A stretch of 35,181 nt of DNA from Campylobacterales bacterium. Its GTDB lineage: Bacteria > Campylobacterota > Campylobacteria > Campylobacterales > Sulfurimonadaceae. This document shows, piece by piece, positions 28,417 through 35,181 of this stretch (position 1 is its first letter; each line of letters opens with the position of its first letter). The translations under genes and the position numbers were made by a program. Under the pieces are notes generated by a model, which was not told the DNA's origin, ran no database searches, and worked only from the letters and a program-made list of their open reading frames with translations. The stretch is taken from assembly GCA_038205935.1 (NCBI GenBank), contig JBBRBK010000014.1, positions 1-35,181 of the forward strand, read 5' to 3'.

Positions 28417-29282
28417 TGGCAAAACGTAAAGTTGATGCGGCTATGTTGCTAAAAGCAGGCGAAAATGCTCATTTACACTCTTCTTCTCCAGCTAATATGT
28501 CACAAAACGTCGTAATAGACAAGACATATCCTGATGAAGTTTCGCATGCGAAACTTCTTGAAATTGAAGTGAATAAGATAAAAAATAATCCATTGCAGCC
28601 ACGTTTAACAATAGACCCTTCTGAACTATTAGAACTTTCTGAATCAATAAAAAAACATGGTTTAATTCACCCAATCTCTGTTATAAAAGACGACGAAGGC
28701 TATACTCTTAGAGCTGGACAACGAAGATGGGAAGCGCATAAATTAGCGGGACTTGAAAAGATAAAAGCCATAGTTGTAACGGGTGATATTAATCCAAAAG
28801 AGTTATTTGAAGTTGCAATTGCAGAAAATCAACATAGAGCAAATATTGACCCTCTTGAATTTGCAATTGCTGTGCAAACCACCTTAGATGCGGGATATTA
28901 TGAAAATTTTGATCAAGTTTCAGAATCCATTGGTAAATCAAAAAGCTACATATCAAAAATTTTAAAGGTACTTTCTTTAAGTCCCGCTGTTTTAGTGCAT
29001 TTACGAGAAAATAAAGCTACAAATGATGTTGAAGCATTGTATGAATTACAAAAAATTAAAGATCCAGAAGAACAAATGAAATTATATCTGTCATTTGTAG
29101 GCGGAGAAATTGATCGATCAGATTTGCGTGCTAAAACGACTTTTCCAAAAAAAGATAAGCCTTTTTTGTTGTATGATTCAAAAAAACAAAAAGCTAAAGT
29201 AAATTTGGATATAAAAAAAATCGGAAAAGAAGCCGCAGTAAATGCTCTTCAAGATTTAATAAAACAAATACAGAATTCATAG
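28416..29282 (+). CDS. parB: ParB/Spo0J CTPase
   Basis: NPLQPR, GQRRW.A, EN.HR, HTH SESIGKSKSYISK. Confidence 0.93.
   Translation: MAKRKVDAAMLLKAGENAHLHSSSPANMSQNVVIDKTYPDEVSHAKLLEIEVNKIKNNPLQPRLTIDPSELLELSESIKKHGLIHPISVIKDDEGYTLRAGQRRWEAHKLAGLEKIKAIVVTGDINPKELFEVAIAENQHRANIDPLEFAIAVQTTLDAGYYENFDQVSESIGKSKSYISKILKVLSLSPAVLVHLRENKATNDVEALYELQKIKDPEEQMKLYLSFVGGEIDRSDLRAKTTFPKKDKPFLLYDSKKQKAKVNLDIKKIGKEAAVNALQDLIKQIQNS
28536..28557. other. parS candidate 2 (inside parB)
   Basis: Perfect palindrome GAAGTTTCGCATGCGAAACTTC encoding EVSHAKL. Confidence 0.85.
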
Positions 29283-29307
29283 TGTTTCGCATGCGAAACA
29301 CTATGAA
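29276..29307. other. parS candidate 3 (overlapping the parB stop)
   Basis: 32-bp perfect palindrome TTCATAGTGTTTCGCATGCGAAACACTATGAA. Confidence 0.85.
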
Positions 29308-29374
29308 GATTCAGACATAAAAAAATATACTATTTTTGAAAATTTGTGTACGACAAGTAAGATAAAGGAGATAG

Positions 29375-31012
29375 ATGATAACATCAGTGTCCATAGAAAA
29401 TCTAAAAAACTCCATAGATATCGTTGATATAGTATCTTCTTTTATTGAACTAAAAAAAGCAGGAGTCAATTTCAAGGCTTGTTGCCCATTTCATAGTGAA
29501 AGCACTCCATCGTTTGTTGTTAGCCCAAATAAACAGATATATCATTGCTTTGGATGCGGAAGCGGAGGAGATTCTATCAAGTTTGTTATGGAGTATGAAA
29601 AGCTTTCATATCCAGAAGCGTTAGAAAAAATAGCAGCTTTAAGCAATTTTACTCTTGAATATGAAAACAATCTCACTAAAGAGATAGATAAATCTATCCT
29701 TGAATCCACAAATTATTTTTATAAACAAGCACTATTACAAAATCAAACAGCCTTAAACTATCTATATTTAAGAGGTATTTCTAAAGATTCAATAGAAAAA
29801 TTTGAAATTGGTTATGCATCTTCATCAAATGAAACTATAACTTTTTTAAAAAATAACTATTTTAATCTTATAACAGCTAAAGAGCTTGGAATTATAGATA
29901 CCGGCAATAATGGCATGTACGCTAGATTTATAGAAAGAATCACATTTGCCATATATATGCCAAGTGGAAAACTTGCGGGATTTGGCGGCAGAACCATTAG
30001 CGGACACAATGCCAAATATATTAATTCCCCATCTACAAAACTTTTCAATAAATCTAGCTTACTGTTCGGATATCATCTTGCAAAAAATGATATTTATAAA
30101 CTTCATGAGATCATTGTAACTGAAGGTTATCTTGATGTAGTACTGCTACATCAAGCCGGCTTTACTAACGCTGTGGCAACACTTGGAACTGCATTAACAC
30201 AACAACATATTCCCTTGCTGAAAAAGAGTGCTGCGAGGCTTATTTTGGCATATGATGGGGATAGAGCAGGGCTTCAAGCTGCAGAAAAAGCTTCAATACT
30301 ACTCGCTCAAAACGGTTTTGATGGAGGTGTTGTGATCTTTAATGACGGAATGGATCCTGCAGATTATGTCAAAGAAAACAAAATACAACAGTTAAAAGAT
30401 ATATTCTCATCTCCAAAACCCTTCATAGAGTATGTTTTAGACCGTTTAGTAAGTGAATATGATCTTAGTATGCCAGAACATAAACAAAAGGCTCTTGAGA
30501 GAGCAGAGCATTACCTTAAGACACTAAAACCTATAGTCGCTCAAGGATATAAAGAGTATTTGGGCACTGTTTTACAAATTCACCCGAAATATATCAATAT
30601 AAACTCTTTTAAGAGAGATATAAATAGTTCTCAGAAAATCAATAAAACGCTCAATATTAGTGAGATACAGATCATTAAAGGAGTTATGGATCATAGTAGT
30701 AAAAGAGATGCGATTCTTCAGGCACTAGATAGCTCTATGTTTCATCAACATCAAGAAGAGTTTGATTACTTAGAAAAAGGGGAGATTGAAAGACTTATTT
30801 TTATAGAACTCCTTGAAGATATTAGAGATCTTTCAGAGGATGAATATAAAAAAGAGCTTTTTGTATTCTTGTCTAGATTTTACCAGACTAAAATAGAACT
30901 CATAGAGATGGACAAAAACTACAGTTTTACAGAAAAGGTTGAAAAAATACGAATTTACCGTGAAAAAATCCAAAAACTCAAAAAAGGAATATTAGTTAAA
31001 TACAAAGGGTAG
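29375..31012 (+). CDS. dnaG: DNA primase
   Basis: CPFH.E.TPSF...HCFGC zinc finger; FGGR, KYINS, EGYLD, ATLGTALT, YDGD.AG (TOPRIM), DPAD. Confidence 0.96.
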   Translation: MITSVSIENLKNSIDIVDIVSSFIELKKAGVNFKACCPFHSESTPSFVVSPNKQIYHCFGCGSGGDSIKFVMEYEKLSYPEALEKIAALSNFTLEYENNLTKEIDKSILESTNYFYKQALLQNQTALNYLYLRGISKDSIEKFEIGYASSSNETITFLKNNYFNLITAKELGIIDTGNNGMYARFIERITFAIYMPSGKLAGFGGRTISGHNAKYINSPSTKLFNKSSLLFGYHLAKNDIYKLHEIIVTEGYLDVVLLHQAGFTNAVATLGTALTQQHIPLLKKSAARLILAYDGDRAGLQAAEKASILLAQNGFDGGVVIFNDGMDPADYVKENKIQQLKDIFSSPKPFIEYVLDRLVSEYDLSMPEHKQKALERAEHYLKTLKPIVAQGYKEYLGTVLQIHPKYININSFKRDINSSQKINKTLNISEIQIIKGVMDHSSKRDAILQALDSSMFHQHQEEFDYLEKGEIERLIFIELLEDIRDLSEDEYKKELFVFLSRFYQTKIELIEMDKNYSFTEKVEKIRIYREKIQKLKKGILVKYKG

Positions 31013-31142
31013 GGCGGTATATCAAACCCACAATGAAGACAATAAGAGTGGATTGATGTAAATTTTTGTCTTAAATACCTACTTTAGGAAGATTTTTTGC
31101 TAAAATCCCGTTTCTTGAAAGATAAAACAAAAGGAAATTCAC

Positions 31143-31430
31143 ATGAACAAAGCACAATTCGTAGAGTTAGTACAAAAACACGGTCAATATAAAACAAAAA
31201 AAGAAGCAGAAGAGGCAATAGTATCTTTTACAGAAGCTGTTACAGAAGCATTAGTTGCTAAAGAAAGCGTTACTTTAGTAGGTTTTGGAGCATTTACAGC
31301 TGTCGAAGTAGCAGAAAAAAGTGGAATAGTTCCAGGAACTGATAAAACTTACACAAAAGCAGCGCATACAAGCCCAAAATTCAAAGCAGGTCAAACACTT
31401 AAAGATGAAGTTGCAAAAGCAACTGTATGA
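31143..31430 (+). CDS. hup: HU DNA-binding protein
   Basis: MNKAQFV, LVGFGAF, PGT, PKFKAG..LKD.V. Confidence 0.93.
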   Translation: MNKAQFVELVQKHGQYKTKKEAEEAIVSFTEAVTEALVAKESVTLVGFGAFTAVEVAEKSGIVPGTDKTYTKAAHTSPKFKAGQTLKDEVAKATV

Positions 31431-31439
31431 TTTTTAAAG

Positions 31440-31463
31440 AGTAGGGTAATATCTCACCCTACT
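31440..31463. terminator. Hairpin between convergent hup and porin genes
   Basis: AGTAGGGT...ACCCTACT. Confidence 0.6.
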
Positions 31464-31526
31464 AAAAGGAGTGTAAAATCGTCACAAAATGAATCTTCTT
31501 TGCAACTTTTTTACTCTCTTTAGAAC

Positions 31527-32813
31527 TTATTTTGTAGCAAATTTATAGTCTAGCATCAACCAAGCGACTGTTTTGTCATTTGTAAAACCAGCTACTTTAC
31601 CTTTGTTATACGAAGCATATTTTACAAGTCCTGTAAGATTGTTTACACCAGGAATTTTGTTTTCGTAAGAAACGTCAAACTCAGTTCCAAGATCATCTTT
31701 GCCACCTATTTTTTCATCCGCAGTGAATTGATGGTAGACACCAAGCAATTTACCAAAAGATTTATTTGTATAACCTAAACGTACATTTGCATCTTTAAGA
31801 CCACCTTTTGGTGTTGTTAAAAATACGTCAGCCCATCCGTTAAATCCATGTAAAGTAGCAAGAGGAGTAGCGAAAGCTGTTTGTCCAATTGTTGTGCCAT
31901 CTTTGTAATCAGCATTTGAGCTTAATACTTCATAGTTTACACCAGCTAAAACACCAGAAACATTCGCACCTAAATCTAGATTATAGTATTGAGCATCAGC
32001 TTTATATCCAGCCTTGTTCACATTTGTTCTTTGATATGTAAGTGATGCATCTTTTTGTTTTGCATATTCAGCGCGATAATCAAGTTTTGCCATGCCCGCA
32101 TCTATGTTACCAGTTGCTGCTGCACCATAGGTGTCACTGCCATATCCATTTAAAGAAAGCATATAATCATACGCAGTTACAGTTAATTCATTCATGACTT
32201 TATATGAAGCGTGTAATAGAACAGAATCAGTATTTGTTGAAGCTTGTTGCTCACCAACACCATTAATTCCATAAACATATGCACCTAAGAGTGAAAGATT
32301 ATCAATACTATTGTCTACTACTGCTACTGCATCAAAAGTTTGGAACATCTGTCTCCAGCCAACAGCACCGACAAAACGTTGATTATCGATATTTACCATT
32401 TGACGTCCAGCACGAACTAAAGTTTTACCGAATTTATAATCAATATATGCTTGAGTTATACGCGCTTGTTGAGGATCTTTGATTGTGTCATATTTCGTAT
32501 TGAGATTGATTCCAGTTCCTGCACCATTGTAATCTGTGTAACCAAAATTATTGACACTTGTTCCTTCTAAGTAAGCAGAAAGCCCATCAACTTGAAAAAG
32601 ATCTGCATTCACGCCTAAAGTAGTACGCACAGTAAAAGCATTTGCAGTATCTCTGCCACTATGTTCTGCATCCACATACTCATAACGAGGACGAATCTCA
32701 GCGTTAAACTTTACATTGTTAAGGACGTTAATACCATCATCCGCACTAGCACTTACACTCATTCCCCCCAGAATCAATGGCACAGCAGCCATAGAAAGTA
32801 ACAATCTTTTCAT
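31527..32813 (-). CDS. Outer-membrane porin (alginate-export-like family)
   Basis: Signal peptide; RPRYE, GRQ....NQRFVGAVGWRQ..QTFDA, TPLATLH.FNGWADVFL. Confidence 0.82.
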   Translation of the reverse strand: MKRLLLSMAAVPLILGGMSVSASADDGINVLNNVKFNAEIRPRYEYVDAEHSGRDTANAFTVRTTLGVNADLFQVDGLSAYLEGTSVNNFGYTDYNGAGTGINLNTKYDTIKDPQQARITQAYIDYKFGKTLVRAGRQMVNIDNQRFVGAVGWRQMFQTFDAVAVVDNSIDNLSLLGAYVYGINGVGEQQASTNTDSVLLHASYKVMNELTVTAYDYMLSLNGYGSDTYGAAATGNIDAGMAKLDYRAEYAKQKDASLTYQRTNVNKAGYKADAQYYNLDLGANVSGVLAGVNYEVLSSNADYKDGTTIGQTAFATPLATLHGFNGWADVFLTTPKGGLKDANVRLGYTNKSFGKLLGVYHQFTADEKIGGKDDLGTEFDVSYENKIPGVNNLTGLVKYASYNKGKVAGFTNDKTVAWLMLDYKFATK

Positions 32814-32849
32814 TTCATTTCCTTGTGTTAAATTAACATATCACAGAAA

Positions 32850-32891
32850 ATTATAACACTGATAATTTATAATAAATTTGATATAAATCAA
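32850..32891 (-). promoter_or_regulatory. FNR/NssR-type box and extended -10 of the porin promoter
   Basis: TTGATATAAATCAA at 32878-32891; TGtTATAAT on minus strand at 32850-32858. Confidence 0.82.
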
Positions 32892-32925
32892 GAAAACCTT
32901 AGGTTAATTTGATATTATTATACTA

Positions 32926-33609
32926 ATGATGAATATATTGGATTGTATTAAAGAATTAGATTTTTTTAAAATGTTGAATGATGATGCGCAGGTGAGGCTA
33001 TGTGACATATCTGTAGTGCATCAGTATCCAAAGGGTTGCGTGTTGTATTATGAAGAGGATGTAAACAATAAAATATTTTTTTTAGTTGAAGGTTTACTAA
33101 AAACATATAAAGTTGACAGATGTGATAATGAGATATTTTTAAGTTATATTTATAAAAATAGATTAATATCTGAAATATCTTCTTTAAGCGGTAATAAGAT
33201 TTATTGTTATGCCAATACTGAATTCGTTGAAGAGAGCGTAGTTTTAGAAATAAATTATGCGCTATTTAAAGAACACTTTATACAAACTGGCCTACTTACA
33301 GATAAATTTATTGAAGAAATATTAAATCAAACACGTGAACTGCATTGTATTATAAATAGAGAGCTTATTTTTGATGCAACTTCAAGAGTGACCTATATGT
33401 TGTATAACGATTTGGTGACATTTAATAAATTCAAGCGACATGAAGTATCTTCCATGCTAAATATACAGCCTGAAACTCTTTCTAGAATTCTTAATAAATT
33501 AAAACGGCAAAATATTATTGAGTTTGACAAATCAGATATCATCATAATAAATGTAGTTCAATTGCAAGATATTTTTACCGGAAATAATAAATTGAAGAGT
33601 GCAGAATGA
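32926..33609 (+). CDS. Crp/Fnr-family regulator (NssR/Nss-like)
   Basis: cNMP-type beta-barrel; HTH LNIQPETLSR. Confidence 0.9.
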   Translation: MMNILDCIKELDFFKMLNDDAQVRLCDISVVHQYPKGCVLYYEEDVNNKIFFLVEGLLKTYKVDRCDNEIFLSYIYKNRLISEISSLSGNKIYCYANTEFVEESVVLEINYALFKEHFIQTGLLTDKFIEEILNQTRELHCIINRELIFDATSRVTYMLYNDLVTFNKFKRHEVSSMLNIQPETLSRILNKLKRQNIIEFDKSDIIIINVVQLQDIFTGNNKLKSAE

Positions 33610-34589
33610 AAATTACTACAAAGATAAAGATATATGGTGCTGTTCTTATTTCATTGATGCTTAGTCTCATCGTAAGTAGTATCTATTTAAATGAAAAAAA
33701 TGTTAAAGATGCACTTTTGATAAATATAGCCGGGAAAGAAAGGATGATTACCCAAAAGATTTCAAAAGATATATTTTATATTTACAATATTCAAGAAACA
33801 GACTATTCAGAGTTAGATAGTTCGGCTGAGGAGTTTATGAAGAATTTAGAACATATCAAGCGAAATCCTGAGTTAAAAAAAACTTTCAATGATCCAAAAT
33901 CAGAAATAGCTATACAGATGTATCAAGTTGATATTTTATGGAAAATTTTTTATCTTAAGATAGAAAGATTTAAAGAAATAAAAAAAATAAATCAGCATGA
34001 CGCAGAGCTCAAAGACCTTGTAAACGGCATATATAAAGACAATACTATGCTTCTTAATAAAGTAGATGGACTTGTAACCATGCTTGCACACTTTAGTGAA
34101 AATAAGATAAATAATATAAAAAAATTACAATACTTATTTGGATTTTTACTTATTGTTTTAATGATATATTTTGTATTTAAATTAAAAAGTATAGAAGCTA
34201 ATGCTTTAGCGTTTTTAGAATACACCAAAAGTTTGTCAATTTCTTCAAATAATCTAGAGATCAAGCCTTTAGACGATAAAGTGGAGACAGAAATTATTGA
34301 AATGGGTAGTATTGTCAATTCTTTTATCAACAAAATAAATAGTGCAATTGATTATTCAAATGAAGCAGCGGTACAATCAAAAAATGCATCTATCAAGCTC
34401 GAAGAGATTGCAGAAGAACTAGACTCTATATTAGTGGAATTGGTAGATAGTTCGACTGTGACAAAACATTTAAGTGTTAGTGAAGATATAGCTATCCAAT
34501 CAACCGAAGATCTCCTAAATTCCACAAAAAAATTAAAAAAACTAAGAAATGAATTAAATAAACTACTCATTGAGTGTACCCCAAAGTAA
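33606..34589 (+). CDS. NarX-like (PilJ-domain) nitrate/nitrite sensor without kinase domain
   Basis: TM, P-box INIAGKERM, helical sensor, TM, coiled-coil tail. Confidence 0.8.
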   Translation: MKITTKIKIYGAVLISLMLSLIVSSIYLNEKNVKDALLINIAGKERMITQKISKDIFYIYNIQETDYSELDSSAEEFMKNLEHIKRNPELKKTFNDPKSEIAIQMYQVDILWKIFYLKIERFKEIKKINQHDAELKDLVNGIYKDNTMLLNKVDGLVTMLAHFSENKINNIKKLQYLFGFLLIVLMIYFVFKLKSIEANALAFLEYTKSLSISSNNLEIKPLDDKVETEIIEMGSIVNSFINKINSAIDYSNEAAVQSKNASIKLEEIAEELDSILVELVDSSTVTKHLSVSEDIAIQSTEDLLNSTKKLKKLRNELNKLLIECTPK

Positions 34590-34636
34590 ACATACCACTT
34601 AGATATTTGCAATATTCTTAATTAAAGCTATATCTT

Positions 34637-34678
34637 TTGACTTAAATCAATAAGCGTAATTTATAATAATGATAAAAT
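34637..34678 (+). promoter_or_regulatory. FNR/NssR-type box and extended -10 of the napA promoter
   Basis: TTGACTTAAATCAA at 34637-34650; TGaTAAAAT at 34670-34678. Confidence 0.82.
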
Positions 34679-34719
34679 TTAGACGTGAAATAAAAATCTG
34701 AATATTAGGGGAGGGAATC

Positions 34720-35181
34720 ATGTCATTCTCAAGAAGAGATTTTCTAAAAAGTTCTGCGGCCGCATCTGCAGCAGCTGCTATGGGTATGGTTGTGCCAACT
34801 GGACTGCAAGCAGCAGCAAAAGAGGCTGAATCGGGCTGGAGATGGGATAAGGCAGCTTGTCGTTTCTGTGGAACTGGTTGTGGTATTATGATGGCAACTA
34901 AGAATGGAAAGATAGTAGCTGTTAAAGGAGATCCCGCGGCTCCTGTAAATCGTGGACTGAACTGTATTAAGGGTTACTTTAATGCAAAAATTATGTATGG
35001 AGCTGACCGTTTAACTCAACCATTATTGAGAGTTAATGCAAAAGGTGAGTTTGATAAACATGGAAACTTTGCCCCTGTATCTTGGAAAAGAGCTTATGAT
35101 GAGATGGAAAAACATATCCGCATAGCTTTAAAAGCAAGTGGTCCAGAGGGTGTTGGTGTATTTGCATCGGGACAACATACT
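34720..35181 (+). CDS. napA: Periplasmic nitrate reductase catalytic subunit, 3'-truncated by the window (not in ORF track)
   Basis: Tat signal [21 protein letters not shown]...KGD....[23 protein letters not shown]. Confidence 0.96.
   Translation, partial: MSFSRRDFLKSSAAASAAAAMGMVVPTGLQAAAKEAESGWRWDKAACRFCGTGCGIMMATKNGKIVAVKGDPAAPVNRGLNCIKGYFNAKIMYGADRLTQPLLRVNAKGEFDKHGNFAPVSWKRAYDEMEKHIRIALKASGPEGVGVFASGQHT

Noticed and set aside
24537..31430. Prophage or ICE interpretation of the helicase/primase block
   Set aside because: No integrase, structural, relaxase or T4SS genes in the window; iterons plus rep and parABS fit a plasmid-type replicon better, though an integrated state cannot be excluded.

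Overview
AT-rich window from a Campylobacterota bacterium (Sulfurimonas/Sulfuricurvum/Sulfurovum-like, inferred from HU, NapA, HQWRQPL-type kinases and extended -10 promoters). It appears to span the replication core of a large secondary replicon (megaplasmid or chromid). At 24.5-31.4 kb: a DnaB-N/AAA_25 helicase, an iteron array (11 exact GTTATATTGGAG copies), a probable Rep initiator, parA-parB with three copies of the palindrome GTTTCGCATGCGAAAC, dnaG and hup. Left cargo: a GGDEF-EAL-CZB protein, a CheB-CheR-kinase fusion, a cluster of small general-stress-type genes (two BON, lmo0937-like, Sll1863-like, DUF948/YtxH, His-rich, Spy) sharing a TAACC-N6-TAACC-N9-(-10) promoter motif next to an OmpR-type regulator and a sensorless kinase, a copper island (copA, crdA-like, TolC, cusBA, two-component system) with its own CTCAC-N6-CTCAC boxes, DUF3050, namA and an IS256 scar. 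Right cargo: porin, Crp/Fnr regulator, NarX-like sensor and the start of napA with FNR-type boxes. The palindrome TTACATGTAA occurs 8 times in the left 20 kb. All family calls come from motif recognition by eye, not database searches.
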